A stretch of DNA of 34,002 nucleotides from Bacteroidales bacterium (GCA_023251395.1 JAHEYW010000006.1:1-34002), one strand, 5' to 3'; shown: positions 18,145 to 27,991, numbered from the stretch's first letter. Numbers and translations are program-made. The notes: generated by a model from the letters alone, not told the origin.

Positions 18145-18962
18145 TTATATGGCTTTTCAAGTTCTGTTTGTTCAAGTCTTCTGAGATTCCCGGCAATACT
18201 TACATAGTCTATTTTCCTGAAATCTGTTGTGAGCAAGATCTTCACTTTGTAAAAATCTCCTCCGGCTTTCTCATAACTGTCGATAATACCTACAAGTACC
18301 CCCTTGGGAAAAATTGAGGAATATCCGGTTGTTAAGACCGTATCTCCTTTATTTATAAGTACATGCAGCGGGATTTCATTAAGATATGCGAAGCGATAAT
18401 CTCTTCCGTCCCAGGTGACGGAACCAAAATATCCGTTTGATTTTATTCTTGCACTCAGGTGAAAATCGATGTTAAGGAGTGACATCCCAACAGAAAAATT
18501 TTCAGAGCTGCTGACAATTATGCCAGCTACACCATCCGGACTTATCACTGCCATATCTACATCGATCCCCTGTTTTTTTCCCTTATTAATTGTAAAGAAA
18601 TTTTTTTGCCTGTTTGTTGAGTTATTGATAACCTCAGCACTTGTATATGTATACTGCTGATTATTTGCTGAATCCGTATATGAAATAAAAAGATGATCAG
18701 CGCTTCTGTTCATCTTTTCAATATGGTTTCTCAGATCAATATTCTCCTGGGCAACTTTGGAATTGACAGAATAGAGGTTAAAGTATGTTCTTGTTTTTGC
18801 AATGTTTTTTTCAACGCCAAGGGTCATCAGCCTCATTCCCTTTGCCAGCCTGATATTATGATAGTCATTTCCCTGTACAGCAAGATAAATTGCAAAACCT
18901 TCCAGAAGGAGAAATATTATCAGGTTATTGTATCTGGCCAGAAAATTAAGCAGATTCCTCAT
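18141..18962 (-). CDS. mreC: Rod shape-determining protein MreC
   Basis: N-terminal TM, coiled coil, INKGKKQGI, GDTVLTTG and SIFPKG. Confidence 0.94.
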   Translation of the reverse strand: MRNLLNFLARYNNLIIFLLLEGFAIYLAVQGNDYHNIRLAKGMRLMTLGVEKNIAKTRTYFNLYSVNSKVAQENIDLRNHIEKMNRSADHLFISYTDSANNQQYTYTSAEVINNSTNRQKNFFTINKGKKQGIDVDMAVISPDGVAGIIVSSSENFSVGMSLLNIDFHLSARIKSNGYFGSVTWDGRDYRFAYLNEIPLHVLINKGDTVLTTGYSSIFPKGVLVGIIDSYEKAGGDFYKVKILLTTDFRKIDYVSIAGNLRRLEQTELEKPYK

Positions 18963-18975
18963 TCACACTGCTTTA

Positions 18976-19998
18976 TTATCTCATTAGGAACGGGAACTTC
19001 TCGACATTTTTAAGTGCAACACCTGTGCCCCGTGCAACCGCATGCAGCGGATCCTCTACAACATGAAAATTTATATTGATCTTATCGGTAAGACGTTTGT
19101 CAAGTCCTCTCAGGAGTGCTCCACCACCAGCGAGGTAAACCCCTTTGTTAACTATATCTGCATACAGTTCAGGTGGTGTCTGCTCCAGCACACTTAAGAC
19201 AGCTGCTTCAACCTTAGAAAGTGACTTATCCAGACAGTAAGCTATTTCCTGGTATGATATCGGGATTTCAATCGGAAGCGAAGTCATGATATTTGGTCCC
19301 CTCACAATGTAGTCAGGTGGTGGATTATCGATATCCGGAAGTGCTGCTCCCACGCCGATCTTTATGTCTTCAGCTGTTCTTTCACCAATTTTAATATTAT
19401 GCTGGTGCCTCATATAAGCCTGAATATCAGAGGTAAATCCATCACCAGCTATCCTGATCGATTTATTGCAGACAATACCTCCCAGTGCAATAACGGCAAT
19501 TTCAGTAGTTCCACCGCCAATATCCACAACCATGCATCCTTCGGGAGCCTCAACATCGAGACCAATTCCAATTGCTGCTGCCATTGGTTCATAGATCATA
19601 TAAACATCTCTTCCCCCTGCATGTTCGGATGAGTCGCGTACCGCTCTGATCTCAACTTCGGTGCTTCCCGAGGGAATGCAAACAACCATTTTCAGTGAAG
19701 GGGCAAACAGCCTTGGTCCTTTATTGATCATTTTTATCATTCCCCTGATCATAAGTTCAGCAGCATTAAAGTCTGCTATAACCCCATCTCTTAGCGGTCT
19801 TATTGTTCTTATGTTCTCGTGAGTCTTGCCATGCATTTGTCTGGCCTGCTCGCCGATTGCAATAAGTTTGCCGGTATTCTTATCAACTGCAACAATTGAA
19901 GGTTCATCAACTACAACCTTGTCGTTATGGATTATTATTGTATTTGCTGTCCCGAGGTCAATTGCTATTTCCTGTGTTAAAAACGAAAAAAGCCCCAT
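18976..19998 (-). CDS. mreB: Actin-like cell shape protein MreB
   Basis: IDLGTANT, RPLRDGVIADF, EPMAAAIG, VDIGGGTTE and AGGGALL. Confidence 0.98.
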   Translation of the reverse strand: MGLFSFLTQEIAIDLGTANTIIIHNDKVVVDEPSIVAVDKNTGKLIAIGEQARQMHGKTHENIRTIRPLRDGVIADFNAAELMIRGMIKMINKGPRLFAPSLKMVVCIPSGSTEVEIRAVRDSSEHAGGRDVYMIYEPMAAAIGIGLDVEAPEGCMVVDIGGGTTEIAVIALGGIVCNKSIRIAGDGFTSDIQAYMRHQHNIKIGERTAEDIKIGVGAALPDIDNPPPDYIVRGPNIMTSLPIEIPISYQEIAYCLDKSLSKVEAAVLSVLEQTPPELYADIVNKGVYLAGGGALLRGLDKRLTDKININFHVVEDPLHAVARGTGVALKNVEKFPFLMR

Positions 19999-20025
19999 TT
20001 TATATTTATATATTATTATTGATTA

Positions 20026-21549
20026 TCAATGTTTAAAGTGCCGTATTCCAGTGAAAACCAAAGCGATGTTGTTTTTACTGCAATAATCAACGGAATCCTG
20101 ATCCCTTACAGAACCTCCTGGTTCTACTACTGCAGTAATTCCTGCCTTATGTGCTATTTCAACGCAGTCGGCGAAGGGAAAGAAAGCATCAGATGCCATC
20201 ACAGCACCATGAATGTCAAATCCAAAGGAATGCGCTTTTTCGATAGCCTGCTTCAAAGCATCCACTCTTGAGGTTTGACCTATACCGCTTGCACATAGTT
20301 GTCCGTTCTTTGCCAGGACAATAGCATTTGATTTACTGTGCTTGACTATTTTGTTTGCAAAGACCAGATCGCTCAATTCCTGCTGTGTGGGTGTCCTGGG
20401 TGTTACAGCTTTCATTTCATTTTCAGATTCCAGACTATTGTCCTTTTCCTGCCACAGAACACCGTTTATAAGAGATCTGTATTGAGCATGAGGCTTAAGC
20501 TGCAATTTGCGTCTGAGTATGATCCTGTTTTTCTTTTGTCTGAGTATTTCCAGTGCTTTTGGGGAAAAATCAGGTGCAATGATTATCTCGAAAAAGATAC
20601 TGTCAACTTCGGCTGCGGTTTTATCATCAATTGCAGCATTTGTTACAATTATCCCACCGTATGCAGAAACTGGGTCACAAGCCAGAGCATCTTTCCATGC
20701 ATCGCAAAGTTTATTTCTTGAAGCTATTCCACAGGCATTGTTATGTTTTATAACGGCACAAGTAGTATCTGAAAAGTCATCAATAAGACTTAATGCAGCA
20801 TCGATATCAAGCAGGTTATTATATGAAATCTCCTTCCCGTGAAGTTTTTCAAAAACCTTATCAAGGTCACCGTAAAAGATACCTTTCTGGTGAGGGTTTT
20901 CACCATATCTTAATGTAACCGGAGTATTTATACTTTCCCTGAATACCGGAATCCCTGCTTCCCTGTTAAAATAGGAAAAGATTGATGTATCATAATGTGA
21001 AGTTGTCTTGAATGCTTCTGCAGCAAAGAGTCTTCTTTCCTCCAGAGTTGTTTCCCCTTTGCCATCTTCAAGAATTCGTAACAATGAACTATATTGTTCT
21101 CTGCCAGAGACAATCATTACATCTTTAAAGTTCTTTGCTCCTGCCCGTATCATAGAAATTCCGCCAATATCAATCTTTTCGATTATTTCTTCCTCATTAT
21201 TAACACTGGCAACTGTTTCTTCAAACGGGTAAAGATCAACAATAACAAGATCTATCTCAGGAATTTTGTATTTTGAAAGAGCAGCAGCATCTTCTGCATT
21301 TTCCCTCCTTGCCAGAATCCCGCCAAAGACCGACGGATGAAGAGTTTTCACCCTCCCTCCGAGTATTGACGGATACGTTGTTAAACTTTCAACAGATTCG
21401 GCCTGTACCCCCAGCTCCTGAATAAACTTTAAAGTGCCGCCTGTCGAAAATATCCTGACCCCAAGCTCTTTAAGTTTAACGACAACAGTATCCAATCCAT
21501 CTTTATAATACACTGATATAAGTGCACTATTGATTTTTTTATTGCTCAT
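20026..21549 (-). CDS. purH: Bifunctional AICAR transformylase/IMP cyclohydrolase
   Basis: ALISVYYK, STGGT, GGRVKTLHP, IDIGG, LRYGENPHQ, KSNAI and SDAFFPF. Likely start is the ATG at 21549 (MSNKKI). Confidence 0.97.
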   Translation of the reverse strand: MSNKKINSALISVYYKDGLDTVVVKLKELGVRIFSTGGTLKFIQELGVQAESVESLTTYPSILGGRVKTLHPSVFGGILARRENAEDAAALSKYKIPEIDLVIVDLYPFEETVASVNNEEEIIEKIDIGGISMIRAGAKNFKDVMIVSGREQYSSLLRILEDGKGETTLEERRLFAAEAFKTTSHYDTSIFSYFNREAGIPVFRESINTPVTLRYGENPHQKGIFYGDLDKVFEKLHGKEISYNNLLDIDAALSLIDDFSDTTCAVIKHNNACGIASRNKLCDAWKDALACDPVSAYGGIIVTNAAIDDKTAAEVDSIFFEIIIAPDFSPKALEILRQKKNRIILRRKLQLKPHAQYRSLINGVLWQEKDNSLESENEMKAVTPRTPTQQELSDLVFANKIVKHSKSNAIVLAKNGQLCASGIGQTSRVDALKQAIEKAHSFGFDIHGAVMASDAFFPFADCVEIAHKAGITAVVEPGGSVRDQDSVDYCSKNNIALVFTGIRHFKH

Positions 21550-21594
21550 TATCTGACGTTTACCACGGAGGTTTATACAATTTATCCCAGTGAT

Positions 21595-21602
21595 CAAAAG
21601 TA
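21595..21602 (-). promoter_or_regulatory. Bacteroidota -7 element (TACTTTTG) for the purH-mre operon
   Basis: caaaagta on + reads TACTTTTG on -. Confidence 0.55.
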
Positions 21603-21692
21603 GCTATTTTTATAACATGGCAGGTTTGTTCGGTGGAAAAAGTAAAAAAAATTCTGCCTGATTGATAACCCGGAAATAGTCGATGATTTTAT

Positions 21693-21700
21693 TATCTTTG
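21693..21700 (+). promoter_or_regulatory. Bacteroidota -7 element (TATCTTTG) for the ABC permease
   Basis: Exact TAnnTTTG match 25 nt before the ATG at 21726. Confidence 0.6.
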
Positions 21701-21725
21701 GAGATTAACTTTACAGACAGAAGAA

Positions 21726-22973
21726 ATGTTTTTCAGGATATTTAAAGAAGGTATTGTTTTTGCTGTTAACTCAATAGTTGTTAATAAGTTAAGAACATTT
21801 TTGTCCCTTTTTGGTATTACAATCGGGATTTTTTCCATAATTTCTGTTTTCACTGTTCTTGATTGGATGGAAAGTTCTATAAGGAGCAGCATTTCGACTT
21901 TAGGGGACAATGTAGTATATATTCAGAAATGGCCATGGACATTTAATGATAACTTTGCCTGGTGGGATGTAATGAAATGGCCTGCTATATCCCTCGATGA
22001 TCTTAAGGCTATCCAGACCAAAACAACAAAAGCTGAAACTGCCTGTTTTGATGTTACACAGTCAAAACAGATTAAATACAAGAAGAATATCGCCTCTAGC
22101 ATCGCAACAACCGCAGTAACATACGAGTTCAAAGATCTCAGGACAATAGATGTGGAAAAAGGAAGATATTTCTCTCCGTTTGAGGTCACTTCGGGCAAGA
22201 ATGTTGTTGTTCTCGGTAACACAATTGCAGAAAAGTTATTTGATAAATCTGATCCAATTGGAAAAGAAATAACCATAGGAGGGTATAAGACCACAGTAAT
22301 TGGTGTGGTGAAAAAGGAAGGGAAAGGTGCTTTTAGCGGTTTGGAACTTGATGAAAGAGCCCTTATTCCATTGAATTTTGGAAAAACCTTTATGAATCTG
22401 CGGAACAGGTTTGTTGATACAGAAATAATGGTAAAACCAAAACCAGGTATTGCTGCACAGGAATTGACTGATGATCTGCAAATGGTAATGCGGGCAGCAA
22501 GGAGGATCAGGCCCGGTCAACAAAGTAATTTCTCAGTAAATCAGGCTACACTTCTTACACAGGGATTCGATGCTATCTTCGCTGGGATTAATGTAGGCGG
22601 CTGGCTTATTGGAGGACTTGCAATTCTTGTAGGCGGATTCGGAATCGCCAATATCATGTTCGTTTCTGTAAGAGAAAGAACCAATCAGATCGGAATACAA
22701 AAAGCCCTTGGTGCAAAAAGATACTTTATCCTTATGCAATTCCTGACAGAATCTTTGTTGTTGTCAGTTGTTGGAGGAATCCTTGGAATAATTTTTATCC
22801 TTATTGGTACTGTGATAATAAATTATCTTTACGAACTTAATATGTTCCTTACATTCGGGAATATTATCCTTGCCATTGTCATTTCAGGTGTAATAGGGAT
22901 TGTGGCAGGATACGCGCCAGCGTATGCTGCAGCAAGAATGAATCCGGTAGACGCTATAGGTTTCTCATTCTGA
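21726..22973 (+). CDS. MacB/FtsX family ABC transporter permease
   Basis: NKLRTFLSLFGITIG, a periplasmic domain with GRYF, GGFGIANIMFVSVRERT.IGI.KALGA and PAYAAARMNPVDAI. Confidence 0.93.
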   Translation: MFFRIFKEGIVFAVNSIVVNKLRTFLSLFGITIGIFSIISVFTVLDWMESSIRSSISTLGDNVVYIQKWPWTFNDNFAWWDVMKWPAISLDDLKAIQTKTTKAETACFDVTQSKQIKYKKNIASSIATTAVTYEFKDLRTIDVEKGRYFSPFEVTSGKNVVVLGNTIAEKLFDKSDPIGKEITIGGYKTTVIGVVKKEGKGAFSGLELDERALIPLNFGKTFMNLRNRFVDTEIMVKPKPGIAAQELTDDLQMVMRAARRIRPGQQSNFSVNQATLLTQGFDAIFAGINVGGWLIGGLAILVGGFGIANIMFVSVRERTNQIGIQKALGAKRYFILMQFLTESLLLSVVGGILGIIFILIGTVIINYLYELNMFLTFGNIILAIVISGVIGIVAGYAPAYAAARMNPVDAIGFSF

Positions 22974-22978
22974 AAATA

Positions 22979-23758
22979 TCAGTCGACGATCATATTGGCT
23001 TTGACCCAATTGGTAAGGCCAATAAACTGGTCTACTGACAATTGTTCTGGCCTGAGATGGAATAAGGAATTATCTTCTGACTTGAGTCTGAATGCCGACC
23101 TGACTGAATTTCTGAGAGTCTTTCTCCTCTGGTTAAAGGAGGCTTTGACCACCCTTGTAAAAAGTTGTTCATCACATCCGAGTGTTTTAGTCCCGTTCCG
23201 TTTTAACCTGATGACACCTGATTTTACTTTTGGTGGCGGAGAAAAAACATTTTCAGAAACAGAAAAGAGATAATCTGTTTCATAATATGCCTGGAGCAAT
23301 ACACTTAAAATTCCATAAGTCTTTGATCCCGGACCTGCACAGATCCTTTCAGCCACTTCCTTCTGAAACATTCCTGTCACCTCGACCACCTTATCCCTGT
23401 TATCCAGAACTTTAAAAAGGATCTGACTGGATATGTTGTACGGGAAGTTACCAGCTATACAAAATTTAGCATCAAAGAGACTATTTATATCGATATTAAG
23501 GAAATCACCGGTAATAATATTTTTCAGCTCTGGCAGGTTTTCCTTCAGATAATTTACCGACTCATGGTCGATCTCAATGACCCTGAAATCACGAAAGTTT
23601 CTGTCGAGGAGGAATTTTGTAAGGATGCCCATTCCGGGACCAATTTCAAGGACAGATTCATAACCTTCCCCAGTAATTGAATCAGCAATCCTTGCTGCAA
23701 TTTTCTTGTCTTTGAGGAAATGCTGACCTAGATTCTTCTTTGGTCTGACCCTGTTCAT
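22979..23758 (-). CDS. rsmA: 16S rRNA adenine dimethyltransferase
   Basis: KKNLGQHFL, LEIGPGMG, GNFPYNIS, FSPPPKV and QRRKTL. Confidence 0.97.
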   Translation of the reverse strand: MNRVRPKKNLGQHFLKDKKIAARIADSITGEGYESVLEIGPGMGILTKFLLDRNFRDFRVIEIDHESVNYLKENLPELKNIITGDFLNIDINSLFDAKFCIAGNFPYNISSQILFKVLDNRDKVVEVTGMFQKEVAERICAGPGSKTYGILSVLLQAYYETDYLFSVSENVFSPPPKVKSGVIRLKRNGTKTLGCDEQLFTRVVKASFNQRRKTLRNSVRSAFRLKSEDNSLFHLRPEQLSVDQFIGLTNWVKANMIVD

Positions 23759-23791
23759 GTTAAACGGCTAAATGATAAATAAGAATCAGCT

Positions 23792-26700
23792 TCAAAGCAA
23801 TTGTCGTCCGAACTTTCTCCATAATGGTAGCCTGAGAGTCTCCAGCCAGTTAATGAAACGCTTGAGCAGGTTGTAGTACAGAGTAATAAAAAGGAAGCCT
23901 ACCATTATCCAGATTGCAATCAGATTAAAAAGCAGTGTCGGTATCCTCTTCCCGCCAATAACTTTATAAGGGGCAAAAAACTGAGCTCTCCCGACAGGGG
24001 AGTCGGGAATCATAAATATTGGCTGCGTTTTTCGTATATATCTGTTTCCAACCTGAAGTATCTCGGTTCGCAGATCATCCCTGTTTTTTACCAGGTCATC
24101 GAGCCTTTTATTAAAATATCTGTCCTGAAGTGCAGACCATCCATTGGGTCCGATCCTTAATGCAATACTCTCAGCAACAGAGTCCCTCAGTTTATTTGTT
24201 CTATCCTGCTGCGCCCTGAAATGCGTTTTAATTTTGCCCAGGTATTTTTTCATACTGTCAGCAACAAACTCATTTAAATCTTTAAATGTCAGACTTCTGA
24301 ATTCAGCAGGTAATACGATCCCGGATTCTCTGGATAAACTTCTGAAATGATATCGCAATAACCTGAGGTTTTTTTCAACTGTATCCCTGGAAATTGGATT
24401 CTTCCCGTATGTTTCGCATTCATTTATTTTAGCCATCATTGCTGAGTAAAGTACTCGTGCATTATAATCATAAGTGTTTGCCTGAAGATCATACTGGAAA
24501 AGTGGTTTTTCAAACTTATTATTCTTGAACTGTTCAACAGTTATTGCTTCATAAGCCCACCTTGTAGCCATAAAATCCCCAACCACAGGAACATATACCT
24601 TCCGGGAAATTGACCAGTGCAGATCATCGAATTTTATCATAGCACCACCGAGCAGTAACTGTGGTACCAGGATAAGAGGGATGAGAATGTAGATACTCAC
24701 AATTGTCCTCATCCCTGCAGAAATATTAAGTCCTATCAGGTTACCATAACAGGCAGTAGTAAAAAATATCAGCCATTGCTGCCAGAGCATCCCCCTTATC
24801 TCCAGGACCAAACTTGCCACTAGTACAAAAAACAGCGCCTGGATTGCAGATAGTACAAAAAGGAAATTAATTTTTGAAATAAGATAACTTAACCTGCTTA
24901 ATCTCAGAAACTTCTCTCTCTCCAGTATCTTTCTGTCCTTGAAGATCTCCTCAGCGCTTACCATAAGCCCAAGAAAAAGTGCAACAACAACAGTCATAAA
25001 CAGGAAGACCGGATAACTCTTGTTGTCTGAGAAGATATAATATCCGTTAATTGTATATTTTGAAAGGTAACCCAGGATAAATGCAAGGAATGGTGCTTCA
25101 ATAAGATTCAGAATAACATATTGAGTATCTGCTTGTTTCCTTAATAAATTCCTTTTTATGAATGTACGGATCTGGTATAGCTTTTTCGGTACTTTAAAGT
25201 TACTGGCAGGTAATTCTGTCTTTTCGGGTGACTTCTCAAAGACAGGCATCATCTTCTTTTTATACTTTTCATACCATTCCTCAGGACTAACCTGTCGCTC
25301 TGTCCCCTGGTAGCCCAATGTATCAATAACCTTTACCTCAACAATATGCAGAATATCTTCAGTATTTATATTGCCGCAGTTCGGACATTCACTTTCTGAT
25401 GCATTTGCCTGTGAGGCTTCTGTTTTGAAATATACCAGGGCTTCTACCGGATCTCCATCATAGATCATATAGCCCCCCTTGTCAAGTATCCATAACCTGT
25501 CAAACAGTTTCAGAATATTTGATGATGGCTGATGAATATTGGCAATTACAAGTTTTCCTGAAAGAGCATGTTTCCTGAGCAGATTCATAACCTTCTCCGA
25601 ATCATGCGATGAGAGTCCTGAAGTAGGTTCATCTACAAAAAGTACCGCCGGTTCCCTCATAAGTTCCAGACCGATGTTAAGTCTTTTTCTCTGACCACCA
25701 CTTACTTTTTTGCTCAGCAGGTCTCCAACCTGAAGGTCTTTAATTTCGAGGAGCTCAAGATCAGCCAGTACTTTTAAAACCAGATCATTAAGTTTTCTCT
25801 CATCAAAATCACCGAAACAAAGTCTTGCATTAAAATAGAGGTTCTGAAATACTGTCAGCTCCTCGATCAGCATATCATCCTGCGGGACATAACCTATCAG
25901 ACCTTTTAGTATTTCATCATCATCATGAAGATCGTAGCCATTTATAAAAAGGTTTCCGGAGTCTGGAACCATCTTCCCATGAAACAAATTCAGCAGGGTA
26001 GTTTTTCCAACACCACTTCCTCCCATAATTCCCACCAGGTTTCCTGATTCAAGCCTGAAATTCAGAGGTTTGATTCCATTATCAGATCCTTTGAATGAAA
26101 ACTCAACATCACGTCCTTCAAATACAATTTTACCATGGAAAGTATCAAGAAGGAATGCCTTATATACTTTTGAGTAATAAATCGGCTCAATTCCAGGTCC
26201 CTTGATATTCACACCCCTGTCGAGCAAATAAGGCCGGCAGGCAATGATATCACGACCTTTGAAATACAGGGCAAGAGAACCATCATAAGTCAGTACCAGC
26301 GAACCAGTGCTTTCAATATGGAGGACAAACAGCTGGCCTCTGAATCCCTTAACCCTGAGGTGCTTCCATTGATGATAATTGACGAAATCATTCTCAACGG
26401 AATATTTTGGATTATCACTTTCTATTATCAGTATACAATCAGGAGAAACTTTATCATAGTGCCTTCCGATCATGAATGCACAGGCATTCTCGTATTCTTT
26501 CTGAGAGATATTAAAAGTTCGTGAAACGATCTCGATAATGCTTTTCTCCTGTTCGGTAATACTGCCGTCTTCAAATGCAAACTCGAGCAGCTGCAGAAAG
26601 ACGATCATTCTTTCATCAAGGAAAAGCCCTTTTTTGATCTGACGGCAGATATTGGTGATCTGGAAGGAGATAAGGGAACCTTCGTCGGCAAGTTCTTCCT

Positions 26701-26902
26701 TGTCGACATTTTTAAGCTCATAGGAGTAAAATTCAAGATTGTTTTCGAACAGGGCAAAATATTCCTCTTCCAGCTCACGGTTAAGATATCTTCTGAGGTA
26801 ACTGCGAAGTATTTTTTTGCCTCGCGAAGTAATTCCTCCAGGATTAACTGTAGAGGCAATTGCAAAAATGTGTATTAATGCCAGTAATACCGATTCCCTC
26901 AT
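23792..26902 (-). CDS. ABCG/White-type half transporter (NBD before TMD) with an N-terminal TerB-like domain
   Basis: TerB-like FAFEDGSITEQEKSIIEIV (~aa 108-126). Walker A GGSGVGKT, GYVPQDD, VSGGQRKR, LFVDEPTSGL and IHQP. CPNC at aa 506-509. ABC-2-type TM region with EEIFKDRKILERE, a large soluble loop and a final TM. Confidence 0.88.
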   Translation of the reverse strand: MRESVLLALIHIFAIASTVNPGGITSRGKKILRSYLRRYLNRELEEEYFALFENNLEFYSYELKNVDKEELADEGSLISFQITNICRQIKKGLFLDERMIVFLQLLEFAFEDGSITEQEKSIIEIVSRTFNISQKEYENACAFMIGRHYDKVSPDCILIIESDNPKYSVENDFVNYHQWKHLRVKGFRGQLFVLHIESTGSLVLTYDGSLALYFKGRDIIACRPYLLDRGVNIKGPGIEPIYYSKVYKAFLLDTFHGKIVFEGRDVEFSFKGSDNGIKPLNFRLESGNLVGIMGGSGVGKTTLLNLFHGKMVPDSGNLFINGYDLHDDDEILKGLIGYVPQDDMLIEELTVFQNLYFNARLCFGDFDERKLNDLVLKVLADLELLEIKDLQVGDLLSKKVSGGQRKRLNIGLELMREPAVLFVDEPTSGLSSHDSEKVMNLLRKHALSGKLVIANIHQPSSNILKLFDRLWILDKGGYMIYDGDPVEALVYFKTEASQANASESECPNCGNINTEDILHIVEVKVIDTLGYQGTERQVSPEEWYEKYKKKMMPVFEKSPEKTELPASNFKVPKKLYQIRTFIKRNLLRKQADTQYVILNLIEAPFLAFILGYLSKYTINGYYIFSDNKSYPVFLFMTVVVALFLGLMVSAEEIFKDRKILEREKFLRLSRLSYLISKINFLFVLSAIQALFFVLVASLVLEIRGMLWQQWLIFFTTACYGNLIGLNISAGMRTIVSIYILIPLILVPQLLLGGAMIKFDDLHWSISRKVYVPVVGDFMATRWAYEAITVEQFKNNKFEKPLFQYDLQANTYDYNARVLYSAMMAKINECETYGKNPISRDTVEKNLRLLRYHFRSLSRESGIVLPAEFRSLTFKDLNEFVADSMKKYLGKIKTHFRAQQDRTNKLRDSVAESIALRIGPNGWSALQDRYFNKRLDDLVKNRDDLRTEILQVGNRYIRKTQPIFMIPDSPVGRAQFFAPYKVIGGKRIPTLLFNLIAIWIMVGFLFITLYYNLLKRFINWLETLRLPLWRKFGRQLL

Positions 26903-26918
26903 GGAGGTTTAACAATAT

Positions 26919-26949
26919 AAAAAGACCGCAAGGCTATGGCGTTGCGGTC
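26919..26949 (-). terminator. Intrinsic terminator-like hairpin between the lipoprotein and transporter genes
   Basis: Minus strand reads gaccgcaa-cgccatagcc-ttgcggtc followed by ttttt. Confidence 0.7.
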
Positions 26950-26966
26950 ATCATTTTAAGTCAGAA

Positions 26967-27794
26967 TTATTGAATTATTTTTTCCCTTACTGTGCTAATT
27001 GCTTTGCTGATGTCCTTGATATTATTCAATGTCAGACTTGTTCCCAGACCCTGATAAACCTTACGTATAGGTTCCATGTTCTTAAGCATTTCTTTGATAT
27101 TGGGATCATTACTATATGGCTTGGTCAGGTCAAGGTAAAGTTCAAATGATTTTTTCTGGTCAAGAAGCACTTTTGAAAACCTGGCATCCTGATAAGCTGC
27201 TTCATTAACAAGGCATGTAAGGTACATTCCTTCAACCCATCCACCACCAACAACCAACAGAGCAAAAGTCTGCTGATCATTATCAGTCATATATGAATAG
27301 GTCTCGTTGAATGCATTTGAAAGAATTGAAACCAGTTTATCCTTATTGTCGAAGTTGGTCTTAATACTATCGTATAAAGCAGGCTTATATATCTGTGACA
27401 AATTAAGATCATTGGCAAGACTTTTCATTACATCCATGTATGTGGTTACTTCCTGCATTATATTATAGACTGTAACATAACTCAGGTCTGCTCCATATAT
27501 ACCTATTGCAGTAGCTTTCGCTTTACTGGTATAGTATTTTTTTACATTTCCGGCAGAATTTGTGACCCCTATCTGATACCCGACTTCCATATCAGTAAGC
27601 AACTTTATTACCTGTGCACTTGTAGGTAGTGGATATACATTCTTTATGATTGCCTTTTTTATAGTATCTCCTTTTTGCAGATCAACTGTTCCTTTACCTT
27701 TGGCTTTATTGGAAGAACTGGAATTGCAGGAAGTTAATCCGATTAAACCAAAAACCAATAAAGGAATGATCATAGTTATAATGGTCTTTTTCAT
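26967..27794 (-). CDS. Uncharacterised alpha-helical lipoprotein (275 aa)
   Basis: Signal peptide II with lipobox LTSC, a Ser/Lys-rich tether, and motifs PLPTS, GIYGADLSY and GGWVEGMYL. Confidence 0.85.
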   Translation of the reverse strand: MKKTIITMIIPLLVFGLIGLTSCNSSSSNKAKGKGTVDLQKGDTIKKAIIKNVYPLPTSAQVIKLLTDMEVGYQIGVTNSAGNVKKYYTSKAKATAIGIYGADLSYVTVYNIMQEVTTYMDVMKSLANDLNLSQIYKPALYDSIKTNFDNKDKLVSILSNAFNETYSYMTDNDQQTFALLVVGGGWVEGMYLTCLVNEAAYQDARFSKVLLDQKKSFELYLDLTKPYSNDPNIKEMLKNMEPIRKVYQGLGTSLTLNNIKDISKAISTVREKIIQ

Positions 27795-27983
27795 GCCTGA
27801 TCGTTTTAAATGATTTATTTGCTTTTTAACGGGTATAAAAATAGAAAATAAAATTATATTAATTACACCTATTTTTCTAATTTGATCCGAACACTCAGAG
27901 TAAATTAGATGTCAATCAAATTTTCCTCACTTAAAATTAGGTTCTAATCTTCATCCTATTTAAGGTCCTGAACTATTTTTGAT

Positions 27984-27991
27984 TATCTTTG
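27984..27991 (+). promoter_or_regulatory. Bacteroidota -7 element (TATCTTTG) for patB-carA
   Basis: Exact TAnnTTTG match 26 nt before the ATG at 28018. Confidence 0.6.

Noticed and set aside
21550-21725. ZTP or purine riboswitch before purH; accacggag match to the 30325 element
   Set aside because: The predicted leader is only about 40 nt with no consensus. The 9-mer has no inverted partner and is probably chance.
21726-22973. Orphan MacB/FtsX permease without an adjacent ATPase
   Set aside because: Unlinked permeases of this family are common in Bacteroidota.
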